Source: Bacteroidota bacterium
GTDB lineage: Bacteria > Bacteroidota > Bacteroidia > Bacteroidales > VadinHA17
Length of the DNA stretch: 64,000 nucleotides
Assembly (NCBI GenBank): GCA_022561875.1
Contig: JADFQJ010000007.1
Coordinates: forward strand, 3,482-67,481
Reading direction: 5' to 3'
Shown here piece by piece: positions 29,570-38,859 of the stretch; position 1 is the first letter of the stretch, and each line of letters starts with the position of its first letter. The position numbers and the translations under genes were made by a program. Below the pieces are notes generated by a model. It ran no database searches. It worked only from the letters and a program-made list of their open reading frames with translations, and was not told the origin of the DNA.

Positions 29570-30910
29570 ATGAATAAAAAACCGGGAACAAGTTCAGGGC
29601 AGACTATGGGATTATGGATGAGTACTGCACTTGTTTCAGGGAACATGATCGGATCCGGAATTTTTTTATTACCATCGGCTTTAGCACTTTATGGAGGAAT
29701 TTCGATTATTGGATGGCTCTTTTCGACTGTGGGAGCTATTTTACTTGCTGTTGTGTTTTCACGCTTAAGCAGACTTGTAAAAGGGGTTGGCGGACCATAT
29801 ATATATGCGAGAAGTAGTTTTGGTGATTTTGCCGGTTTTCTGGTGGCATGGGGTTACTGGATTTCAATATGGTCGGGAAATGCTGCAATTTCTGTAGCAG
29901 CAATTGGTTATCTCAGTTATTTCTGCCCGGCAATAGCAGGAAATTATTTCTTGTCAGGATTACTCGCAGTATCAGCTATTTGGCTTTTTACCTGGATTAA
30001 TACCCTCGGTATACGCAAGGTAGGGTTTGTGCAGCTTATTACTACACTCCTTAAGATTATACCACTCATTGCAATTGCAATATTTGGTTTTTTCTATTTT
30101 GATCCGGATAACTTTAAACCATTTAATTTAAGCGGGGAGCCTGCATTTTCTGCAATTGGACGTACTGCAGCCCTTACATTATGGGCTTTTCTTGGTCTTG
30201 AATCGGTTACTATTCCTTCAGACAAAATAAAAGATCCGGAGAGGACCATCCCACGAGCTACAATAATCGGAACATCGTTGGTTGCTTTTATTTATATCAG
30301 TAGCATTGTTGCGGTTATGGGTATTATTTCCCCTCAGTTACTTGCAAATTCTGCTGCCCCATTTGCTGATGCAGCAAAGAGTATCTGGAATTCATGGGCT
30401 GGTTATGCAATTTCAGGTGGAGCTGTTATTGCGTGTTTTGGAGCGCTGAACGGATGGACACTTCTTCAGGGACAGATACCGATGGCTGCCGCAAAAAATA
30501 ATATTTTTCCAAAGATATTCAGAAAAACCTCAAAAAAGAATATACCAATATATGGACTGGTTATTTCAAGTATACTGGCAACAGTGCTTATTTTTATGAA
30601 TTATACACGGGGATTGGTTGAAATGTTCACCTTTATCATTATGATGGCTACTTTTGCAACCCTTTTACCTTATCTGCTGTCAACAGCATCTGAACTGGTA
30701 ATATACTATCGCAATCAAAAAAAATATAATCAAAAACAGTTAATTGGAAAATCGATTATTTCCATCCTGGCATTTCTGTTTTCAATTTGGGCAGTAGTTA
30801 GTTTAGGACTGGAGATAATTGGTTTGGGATTATTGCTTCTTCTTGCCGGTGTCCCGTTTTATCTTTGGCTAAAGAAAGGTTTTCTTTCTGGCAATAAAAA
30901 CAAGTCCTGA
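29570..30910 (+). CDS. APC-superfamily basic amino acid/polyamine antiporter (AdiC/PotE/CadB-like)
   Basis: 446 aa, 12 predicted TM helices. N-terminal SGNMIGSGIFLLP and overall collinearity with E. coli AdiC as recalled. Confidence 0.8.
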   Translation: MNKKPGTSSGQTMGLWMSTALVSGNMIGSGIFLLPSALALYGGISIIGWLFSTVGAILLAVVFSRLSRLVKGVGGPYIYARSSFGDFAGFLVAWGYWISIWSGNAAISVAAIGYLSYFCPAIAGNYFLSGLLAVSAIWLFTWINTLGIRKVGFVQLITTLLKIIPLIAIAIFGFFYFDPDNFKPFNLSGEPAFSAIGRTAALTLWAFLGLESVTIPSDKIKDPERTIPRATIIGTSLVAFIYISSIVAVMGIISPQLLANSAAPFADAAKSIWNSWAGYAISGGAVIACFGALNGWTLLQGQIPMAAAKNNIFPKIFRKTSKKNIPIYGLVISSILATVLIFMNYTRGLVEMFTFIIMMATFATLLPYLLSTASELVIYYRNQKKYNQKQLIGKSIISILAFLFSIWAVVSLGLEIIGLGLLLLLAGVPFYLWLKKGFLSGNKNKS

Positions 30911-31066
30911 TCTGTACCAAGCAACCGGTAACCAGTAACCATTTGGAACGATGGACGATGATTGTTGAAGGATGAAGAAAAATATAAAAAGCTTAATTCA
31001 TAACTTTTAACCTGCAACCAGCATCCAGTAACTTTGTTATTAATGCATTATTCTCAGCTCTTTTTG

Positions 31067-32542
31067 TTAATATGCTATGGCAAAAACAACCCTTTTGTTT
31101 GATGGTTTACCTGTATAGATGCATTTTCCTTTTTCTTGTTTTCCGTCAAGCGGGATACACCTTATTGTAGCTTTGGTTTCTTTGCTTATTTTTTTCTCAG
31201 TTTCGGAAGTGCCATCCCAGTGGGCGAGAATGAATCCTCCTTTCTCCCTGAGAATTCTTTTAAAATCTTCATAAGTATCCACTTTATGGGTGTTTTCATC
31301 TCTGAATTTCCTTGCTTTAATAAAGATGCCTGCCTGGATGTCTTTCAGCAGGTTTACTATATGGTCAGTGATATTTTCCTGCCTGATCACTTCTTTTGTT
31401 AATATATCCCTGCGTGCAATTTCAACTGTACCATTGGCAATATCCCTCGGACCCACAGCAATTCTTACAGGGACTCCCTTTAGCTCATACTCAGCAAATT
31501 TCCACCCGGGTTTTTGAGTGTCTCTGTCATCGTATTTTACCGAGATGCCATTTTTAGTCAGGTTTTCTTTAATTTGTTCAGCTACACCAGAGATCTTTTC
31601 CAGTTCATCGTTGCCTTTATATATAGGAACAATTACAACCTGGATTGGGGCAAGATTAGGAGGCAGGATAAGTCCGTTATCATCAGAGTGTGCCATAACC
31701 AGAGCGCCAACCAGCCTTGAAGAAACCCCCCAGGAAGTAGCCCAGACCAGATGCTGTTTACCATTCTTATCAGTAAATTTAACATCAAAGGCCCTGGCGA
31801 AGTTTTGACCAAGAAAATGGGATGTTCCGGCTTGTAATGCCTTACCGTCCTGCATCAGGGTTTCAATAGCATATGTATCAACTGCTCCGGCAAATTTCTC
31901 ATTCTCCGATTTTAATCCTTTGATAACCGGTATTCCCATATAGTTTTCAATAAAATCAGTGTAAAGGTTAACAATCTTCTCTGTTTCTTCAATTGCTTCT
32001 TCTCTTGTTGCATGGGCCGTATGACCTTCCTGCCATAGAAATTCGGAAGTTCTCAGAAAAAGCCGTGTTCTCATTTCCCATCTGACCACATTAGCCCATT
32101 GATTAATAAGCAGCGGAAGATCACGATAAGACTGTATCCAGTTTTTGAAAGTGTGCCAGATAATAGTTTCGGATGTTGGACGGATAATTAATTCTTCCTC
32201 AAGTTTGGCATTTTCATCAACAATCAACCCCTTTCCGTCAGGATCTTTCTTTAACCTGTAATGGGTAACAATTGCACATTCTTTGGCAAATTCTTTGACA
32301 TGCTCGGCTTCCCTGCTGAAAAAGGATTTTGGTATAAACAAAGGAAAATAGGCATTACTATGGCCGGTAGCCTTTAACATTCTGTCGAGTTCGGCTTGTA
32401 TTTTTTCCCAGATCGCGTATCCGTATGGTTTTATTATCATGCATCCACGAACAGGTGAGTTCTCGGCAAGATCAGCTTTTATCACTAAGTCGTTGTACCA
32501 CTGTGCGTAATTATCTTCTCTCTTTGTTAATACTTTTGCCAT
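31067..32542 (-). CDS. proS: prolyl-tRNA synthetase (archaeal/eukaryote-like type)
   Basis: 491 aa. Class II aaRS motifs, C-terminal zinc-binding-like extension ending in ...FAIAY. Confidence 0.93.
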   Translation of the reverse strand: MAKVLTKREDNYAQWYNDLVIKADLAENSPVRGCMIIKPYGYAIWEKIQAELDRMLKATGHSNAYFPLFIPKSFFSREAEHVKEFAKECAIVTHYRLKKDPDGKGLIVDENAKLEEELIIRPTSETIIWHTFKNWIQSYRDLPLLINQWANVVRWEMRTRLFLRTSEFLWQEGHTAHATREEAIEETEKIVNLYTDFIENYMGIPVIKGLKSENEKFAGAVDTYAIETLMQDGKALQAGTSHFLGQNFARAFDVKFTDKNGKQHLVWATSWGVSSRLVGALVMAHSDDNGLILPPNLAPIQVVIVPIYKGNDELEKISGVAEQIKENLTKNGISVKYDDRDTQKPGWKFAEYELKGVPVRIAVGPRDIANGTVEIARRDILTKEVIRQENITDHIVNLLKDIQAGIFIKARKFRDENTHKVDTYEDFKRILREKGGFILAHWDGTSETEKKISKETKATIRCIPLDGKQEKGKCIYTGKPSNKRVVFAIAY

Positions 32543-32649
32543 GATCTTTTTTGGTATGGAATTTGCCTTATTATTTTCAAAGGATTTAAAAAGTCTTGCA
32601 AAGTAAATAAAATCTATCAGATTAATAAAACAGAAACAGGAGGTAAGTC

Positions 32650-33684
32650 ATGAAAACAAAAGTAAAAATATACATTATAGCTGCAAGCCTGGGATTTTTA
32701 AATGCACAGGCATTTACAGCTTCCTCCGGTTTAGACCAGAGAGACCATTTCCGGTTTGACAGAATTAATCCTGCCGGTCAGGACATAATTATTGAGAATA
32801 ACTATTATTACGGAGATGGAGATTATATCTACGATTATTACTATGCTTCCAGAATAAGAAGGTTTCACAGACCTTATGTTTCTTATTCTTATTATAATTC
32901 ATATTATACTGATTGTTACTGGTATACTTATGAACCCATATTCTGGGGTATGAGTATCTATCTTGGATCAATGTGGAATCCCGTAGGGTTAACTATCTCA
33001 TTTGGATCTCCTTTCAGGTCATACTATAGATCATATTATTATGATTCGTATCCTTTGTATCCTGTATATAATATAGTGTACAGACCCAGGATCGTAAACA
33101 GGTATTATTTCAATACCTGGTATGGAAACAGGATCCGTTATGCCAGACCATTTTACGCAAACAGATACGGTTATCATTATAATACCTGGAATAGTAATTA
33201 TGGTCATTACTCACACTCTGATAGCTATGCATATAATTACCGGGCAAGTGACAGTTACAGGGGAAACAGGGTTGTACCTTCACAAACCTCGAAAAAAAAC
33301 GCAAACACCAGAACAGTTACCAATACCAGGAGATATACCCCGGCATCTAATTATGATCGCAGTAATACCAAATCTCAATACAAACCAGAAACGAGGAGAA
33401 GTAACTATGTGCCACGCAGGAATGAAACTGGCCGTTCAGTGTATAAGGCTCCTCAAAAGAACAGTACCAGGTCAAGAGTTTCATCACCTGTAGATAACAG
33501 ACGTTCACAGAGTTATCGTTCATCGACACCCAAAAACAGGAGCAGTGTGAAAGCGACCAAATCAGGGAGAAGCAGTTCGTCTAAAAAAGTAACCAAATCT
33601 TCCCGAAGCAGCAGGTCAAAGGCATCAAAGTCGAGATCAGGTGGCAGATCTTCTTCGAAAAAATCTTCAGGCAGGAAACGATAA
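32650..33684 (+). CDS. exported Tyr-rich / Ser-Arg-rich low-complexity protein (paralog 1)
   Basis: 344 aa. Signal peptide ending LNAQA, Tyr-dense core (NNYYYGDGDYIYDYYYASRIRRFHRPY...), strongly basic S/R/K/T/N tail. AGGAGG lies 7 nt upstream of the ATG. Followed by terminator 33693-33717. Confidence 0.75.
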   Translation: MKTKVKIYIIAASLGFLNAQAFTASSGLDQRDHFRFDRINPAGQDIIIENNYYYGDGDYIYDYYYASRIRRFHRPYVSYSYYNSYYTDCYWYTYEPIFWGMSIYLGSMWNPVGLTISFGSPFRSYYRSYYYDSYPLYPVYNIVYRPRIVNRYYFNTWYGNRIRYARPFYANRYGYHYNTWNSNYGHYSHSDSYAYNYRASDSYRGNRVVPSQTSKKNANTRTVTNTRRYTPASNYDRSNTKSQYKPETRRSNYVPRRNETGRSVYKAPQKNSTRSRVSSPVDNRRSQSYRSSTPKNRSSVKATKSGRSSSSKKVTKSSRSSRSKASKSRSGGRSSSKKSSGRKR

Positions 33685-33692
33685 TTAATTTT

Positions 33693-33717
33693 AAAACCCG
33701 GACAAACCGGGTTTTTT
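33693..33717 (+). terminator. rho-independent terminator after Tyr-rich paralog 1
   Basis: AAAACCCGG acaa ACCGGGTTTTTT, followed by further T residues, 9 nt after the stop. Confidence 0.8.
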
Positions 33718-33926
33718 CTTTTTTTTAGTTTGTTTGAATTTATTACATTTGTTAGTGTTTATGAAATTTTTCAGAGTTATTTCACACAGGTAATTGTTAC
33801 AAGGAAAGATAAAAGCAGAAAAATAAAGGTAATAATGCAGGTTAGGTAAGTTTATTGAAATAATGTTCTGTTTGGTATAAAATTTGTTTATTTATAAATT
33901 AAAGAAACTTATCAGGAGGTTACAAT

Positions 33927-35171
33927 ATGAAAACCAGGTTATACATAATCATTTTAGCATCGGGTTTACTTGGGGCTTGTTCAGGAAGCATGATGCTGTC
34001 GACGGGGTATGATGATATATATTATACTCCGGGAGATGAACCAGGCCAAGCAGTTATTAAAAAGTCTGCAGCTTCATTGGATAATGCTTACAGGGCGATG
34101 GACTTTTCTGATGCTGGTACAACTGAAAAAGGATTAAATGTTTACCAGACAGATACACTTCAGGCTGACGCCTATTATGAAGCAGGTGACAGTTTAATGA
34201 TAGTTAATAACTATTATGAAAATGAAGGGTACGATTACTATTCCGGGATACCTTATTCTTCACGAATCAGGAGATTTTACAGGTATTCACCTTCATTTAG
34301 CTACTATAGTCCCTATTATAGTTCATTCTATGATCCATTCCGGGGTGATCCTTTCTATTTCGGGTTTAATTCAGGATATAACATGTTTAATCGCGGATAT
34401 TATGGGAGTTCGTATTATGGTTATAGTCCGTATTATAATGATTGGTACTACCCGGGTTCATTTTATTATGGATCATACGGGTCAGGATTCTGGTCACCAT
34501 ATTCTTCTTACTCCTATTGGGGAAGTCCCTATTATTACAATTCCGGAGTATATTACAGGAGTACAGGAAGATCGGATGATATTTATGTAGGACATCGCAG
34601 GTCAAATATGACAAACAGGAATGTTATAAGTACCTCTAACCGGTCAAAAAGCAATTATGCAAATTATAGAGATGCAAATAGAAGAACTAATACGAATTCT
34701 TCAGGAAGGACACCCGGTCAGGTGACCACAAGCAGGAATACCCGAACTGTTAACAATACCAGCACCATAAACAGAAGAACAGGAACTGCTTCAAACAGGG
34801 TTACTACTACCAGGGTTCCTCAAAAGAATTCGACTGTTAACACGAACAGGAGATCGTCAACTTACATACCCAGATATTCCAGACCAAAGGTCACTTCCAA
34901 ACCGACCTACAATCGTAGTACAAGAACTTATCAGGGCAGGAGTTCCGGCAGTTCATCAGGATCGTCAAAGTCGGTTTATTCAAGACCACGGTCTACCGGT
35001 AAGTCAACTTACTCAAGACCGGTAAATCGAAGTTCCAGATCGGGTGGAACATCGTACTCAGGGTCGGGTCGCAGCAGTTCATCTTCATATAGCCGGGGTT
35101 CAAGCTCGTCTGGTTCAAGGAGTTCAGGTTCATCAGGAAGAAGCTCCGGCGGATCAGGACGCAGAAGATAA
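33927..35171 (+). CDS. Tyr-rich / Ser-Arg-rich low-complexity lipoprotein (paralog 2)
   Basis: 414 aa. Lipobox LLGAC. Shares the NNYY...SRIRRF(Y/H)R...SYYSPYY core with paralog 1. Long S/R/T/N/G tail ending GGSGRRR. AGGAGG upstream of the ATG. Confidence 0.75.
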   Translation: MKTRLYIIILASGLLGACSGSMMLSTGYDDIYYTPGDEPGQAVIKKSAASLDNAYRAMDFSDAGTTEKGLNVYQTDTLQADAYYEAGDSLMIVNNYYENEGYDYYSGIPYSSRIRRFYRYSPSFSYYSPYYSSFYDPFRGDPFYFGFNSGYNMFNRGYYGSSYYGYSPYYNDWYYPGSFYYGSYGSGFWSPYSSYSYWGSPYYYNSGVYYRSTGRSDDIYVGHRRSNMTNRNVISTSNRSKSNYANYRDANRRTNTNSSGRTPGQVTTSRNTRTVNNTSTINRRTGTASNRVTTTRVPQKNSTVNTNRRSSTYIPRYSRPKVTSKPTYNRSTRTYQGRSSGSSSGSSKSVYSRPRSTGKSTYSRPVNRSSRSGGTSYSGSGRSSSSSYSRGSSSSGSRSSGSSGRSSGGSGRRR

Positions 35172-35272
35172 AAACTGGTTTTATTAAAATTTTCGTTGAT
35201 TTGAATACGAAAATAATAACCGGATCGAATTCCGGAAAGGGAAAAGAACACTGAATTTTATACTTAAACATC

Positions 35273-36763
35273 ATGAAAAGAATATATTTAGCAATAATTA
35301 TAACTGTAGCATCAGGTGTATCAGGGTTTGCCCAGGGCGAACTTGATGCTCTCAGGTATTCTCAAAACTTTAATGGTGGCTCTGCGAGATTCACCGGTAT
35401 GGGTGGTGCATTTGGTGCACTGGGAGGCGACTTTTCAGCTTTGTCTGTTAACCCCGCAGGTTTAGGTGTTTTTCGCAGTAGTGAATTTAGTATTACACCA
35501 TCGATACGATATGATATGGTTCAGACAAATTTTACCGGTAATGTAAATAATGAGTTTAATTATAATTTCAATCTTGATCAGGCAGGATTTGTATCATCAT
35601 TTGATTTAGGAAACAGTGAGGGCTGGACAAATATTAATATTGCTATCGGATATAATAGAATAAACAATTTTAACAGAAATATGATAATCGAAGGTGTTAA
35701 CAACTCAAATTCAATGCTTGACTATTTTGCCAATTCTTCTGATGGAAAACTGCCGGAGGAATTGAATAGCTTCATAGAATTTCTTGCATATGACACATGG
35801 CTTATAGATACAGTGACTAACATGGGTTTCTCAAATTATGAAACTATTCTCTCAAATTACGGTGATGAGACAAATTCAACATATGGACAGGTTCAGCAGA
35901 GGACTTTAAGAAGTACCGGGACTTTGGGAGAATATTTGTTCAGTATTGGTGCAAACTACGGAAACAGTCTGTATATCGGGGCATCGTTTGGTATACAAAA
36001 ACTGAATTACTACGAGAAGAATGAGCATATAGAGTATGATCCTGATGATCATATTTATGATTTTAACAGTTTTACATATTATCAGGATCTCCATACACGG
36101 GGGAGGGGTTATACATTTAAAATGGGAGCTATTTTTAAACCTGTTCAGATGTTGAGGTTAGGTGTTGCTTTTCACCTGCCAACTTTTTTCAAACTTGAGG
36201 ATGAATACTATTCTTATATCGATGCCTCGTTTGATAACGTTGATGCTGATGGAGTTAAAGATTACAGTTCTGATTCCCCTGATCTATTCTATCAGTATGA
36301 ATTGACAACTCCTTTTAAAGCCGTTGGAAGTGTGGCTTACCAGTTTGGGAAACGGGCGCTTTTAAGTATTGATTATGAATTTGTTGATTATTCCGTGGCA
36401 CGCCTCAGAAAAGGAGAGGATGGCTATAATTTTAACGATGAGAACAATGCCATTGAAGATGCTTACAGGAAAACAGGTAATTTCAGAGCAGGTGGAGAAT
36501 ACAGGCTGGGAGCTATTTCCCTGAGAGGAGGTTACGCTTTCTATGGTAGTCCGTATGCTGAATCTGAGGCTAATAAGGATGCAAGTTACTCGCTGATTTC
36601 TGCAGGTATCGGATTCAGTCAAAAGAAATTTTATATGGACCTTGGTTATTCACATATGATGCATGAAGAACAGTATTTTATGTATCCTTCTGCAAATGTA
36701 GCGCCCTCGGTAAACGAGTCAAATACTAACAAGTTCCTGGCTACTTTTGGATTTAAATTCTAA
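35273..36763 (+). CDS. FadL/TodX-like outer-membrane beta-barrel protein
   Basis: 496 aa. Signal peptide ending GFAQG, N-terminal DALRYSQ...ARFTGMGGAFGALGGD motif, alternating beta-strand pattern, C-terminal aromatic signal FGFKF. Confidence 0.6.
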   Translation: MKRIYLAIIITVASGVSGFAQGELDALRYSQNFNGGSARFTGMGGAFGALGGDFSALSVNPAGLGVFRSSEFSITPSIRYDMVQTNFTGNVNNEFNYNFNLDQAGFVSSFDLGNSEGWTNINIAIGYNRINNFNRNMIIEGVNNSNSMLDYFANSSDGKLPEELNSFIEFLAYDTWLIDTVTNMGFSNYETILSNYGDETNSTYGQVQQRTLRSTGTLGEYLFSIGANYGNSLYIGASFGIQKLNYYEKNEHIEYDPDDHIYDFNSFTYYQDLHTRGRGYTFKMGAIFKPVQMLRLGVAFHLPTFFKLEDEYYSYIDASFDNVDADGVKDYSSDSPDLFYQYELTTPFKAVGSVAYQFGKRALLSIDYEFVDYSVARLRKGEDGYNFNDENNAIEDAYRKTGNFRAGGEYRLGAISLRGGYAFYGSPYAESEANKDASYSLISAGIGFSQKKFYMDLGYSHMMHEEQYFMYPSANVAPSVNESNTNKFLATFGFKF

Positions 36764-37426
36764 TCATATAACGGTATCTTTACCAGTAGTGATTATTGAT
36801 TTCTTCAACAATTCCGCACTCCCCGGACCTAAATTAAATAGCAGATCGAGAATACTCAGATTTGGAATAAAACCATGTTTTGGGCTGAATACCTGTGTGT
36901 ATTCAAGATTCTTAAAGAAAGGATCTCTGAAAGTTTTTTTAGGGTGTATTTTCTCCCTGAAATCAAGCAGTTTTGAAGGATATTGTTTTATGAAAGATTT
37001 AGTAAAAGAAAAACCCTGTTTAATTTCAAGGTGGCGTAACAAAATTTTCATAAGAGAAGTGTTATAGTCGATCAGATAACGGATTTTTTGCTGATAACAG
37101 GGAATTAAATCGTCAATATAAAACTCAAAAAATGGGGCGGATTTATATGATGAAATAATTGAACGCAAGTGATTTGCCTGCCAGTCAGTAACATAATCGA
37201 TCTCGAGTTCATTAATAGCTGTTTTATGAAAACTTCCCCGTTGTACCGGTACTGCAAGAGTTAAAGGACCATTAGCGCCGTATATTACGCATCTGTTGCG
37301 GTAAGATTGTTTTAGATAGTTTTCGTTTTTTTCGATCAGAACAGGGTATGGCAGAAAAAACCTGGAGTAGTAACAGATTGGACCAAGATAGGCTGTGGAA
37401 AGAATTATAGATTCTTTTTCTGGCAT
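36764..37426 (-). CDS. WbqC-family protein
   Basis: 220 aa. N-terminal ILSTAYLGPICYYS...EKNENYLKQSYRNRC pattern of the WbqC family. Confidence 0.75.
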   Translation of the reverse strand: MPEKESIILSTAYLGPICYYSRFFLPYPVLIEKNENYLKQSYRNRCVIYGANGPLTLAVPVQRGSFHKTAINELEIDYVTDWQANHLRSIISSYKSAPFFEFYIDDLIPCYQQKIRYLIDYNTSLMKILLRHLEIKQGFSFTKSFIKQYPSKLLDFREKIHPKKTFRDPFFKNLEYTQVFSPKHGFIPNLSILDLLFNLGPGSAELLKKSIITTGKDTVI

Positions 37427-37583
37427 TGATTACTGGTTACTTGATACTTGTTACTGGTTACTGGTTTGCCACATTTCACAGTGGTCACTAGTCTTTGAAC
37501 CTTGAACTTTTCATTCTTCTTTACTCAACTACTCACCTTACTCACCTACTTACCTCTCTTCTCCTCTTTTGCCTTGACACTAG

Positions 37584-38330
37584 TTATAATTTATTTATCA
37601 TACTTGCATTGAAACCGGCACCAAATCCATTATCAATATTCACTACCGATACCCCGTTGGCACAACTTGTAAGCATAGCAAGAAGTGCTGAAACGCCCTG
37701 AAAATTAGCGCCATAACCCACGCTTGTTGGCACGGCGATGATGGGTTTGTTAATCAGACCACCAACAATACTTGCCAGGGCGCCTTCCATTCCCGCAATC
37801 ACAACTACGACCCTGGCCTGACGCAAGACAGATATATTGTCAACAAGGCGATGCAAACCGGCAACTCCTGCATCAAATATCCTTTCTACCTTGTTTCCGA
37901 GCAGCTCGGCTGTAACAGCAGCTTCTTCAGCAACAGGAATATCAGCGGTTCCGGCAGTTATGATTGCTATATATGTTTCACCTGTTTTAACCTTTCGTTG
38001 TTGCACACTTATTATCCGGGCAATATTATAATATTTGGCTGATGGAATTGTTTTTTTTAAGGTATCAAATATTTTCTGGTTTGCACGTGTGGCTATTACA
38101 TTCCCACCCTTTTCATACATATGTTCTGATATCTTTACTATCTGGTCAATGGTTTTTCCTTGACAAAAGATGATCTCAGGATATCCTGTTCGTATTTCCC
38201 GGTGGTGATCGATCTTTGCAAATCCAAGATCAGAATAGGGAAAATCTTCCAGTTTCCGTAGAGCATCATCAACTTCCAGTTTTTGTTCCTGTACCTGCGT
38301 TAATATTTTTTTTAATTCCTCTGAGTTCAT
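37584..38330 (-). CDS. larB: nickel-pincer cofactor biosynthesis protein LarB (PurE-like carboxylase/hydrolase)
   Basis: 248 aa. N-terminal helical extension, then PurE-like fold (ITAGTADIPVAEEA...IAGMEGALASIVGG...PTSVGYG). Confidence 0.85.
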   Translation of the reverse strand: MNSEELKKILTQVQEQKLEVDDALRKLEDFPYSDLGFAKIDHHREIRTGYPEIIFCQGKTIDQIVKISEHMYEKGGNVIATRANQKIFDTLKKTIPSAKYYNIARIISVQQRKVKTGETYIAIITAGTADIPVAEEAAVTAELLGNKVERIFDAGVAGLHRLVDNISVLRQARVVVVIAGMEGALASIVGGLINKPIIAVPTSVGYGANFQGVSALLAMLTSCANGVSVVNIDNGFGAGFNASMINKL

Positions 38331-38819
38331 AATGGTTATTGTTAATTAGTTATGATTATTTTTCTTGCATCGATCATGTTTTAAAAGTAAACGGGCATTT
38401 GTACAGAAGAATAATGGAACAGTCGAAGAATGGAATAATCTGGCTATATCATCATTCCATTATTCCAACATTCCTTTATGTACTTTATTAACTAATCAAA
38501 AATAGTATCACTGCAACACTGCCCATACTCTCCAGGACATGAATCAGTTTTTTGTATTTTTCTGTATGTGCCATTTACTTCATTACCTCATTATTAATTT
38601 TCATAGCAACACTGGTTACTGGCTTGCCCAGTGAAACGCGACGATAGGAGCTGTTTCACCGGGGTTGCTGGGTGCAGGTTTTTAACTTCAAACATTTTTC
38701 AAGCCTCAAAGACAAGGCATGCCTTGTCTCTTCAAGCATTTTCACACTTGAAACTAATTCTCACTTACTTCTTCCTACTCACCTTACTCAACCACTTAAC
38801 TTACTCAACTACTTACCTC

Positions 38820-38859
38820 CCTTTTGCCTTCTGCCTTCTGCCTTTTGCCTTCTGTCTTC
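38820..38859. repeat. about 5.7 x 7-nt tandem array CCTTTTG/CCTTCTG abutting the larC stop codon
   Basis: Read directly. The array ends at the nucleotide before the larC stop triplet (38860-38862). Confidence 0.9.

Noticed and set aside
33122-35251. Several 60-124-aa ORFs in other frames or strands inside the two Tyr-rich genes (33122-33493, 34216-34590, 34387-34614, 35009-35251)
   Set aside because: They are by-products of the low-complexity, stop-poor codon composition. Only the annotated frames have signal peptides, a shared paralogous motif and an upstream RBS.
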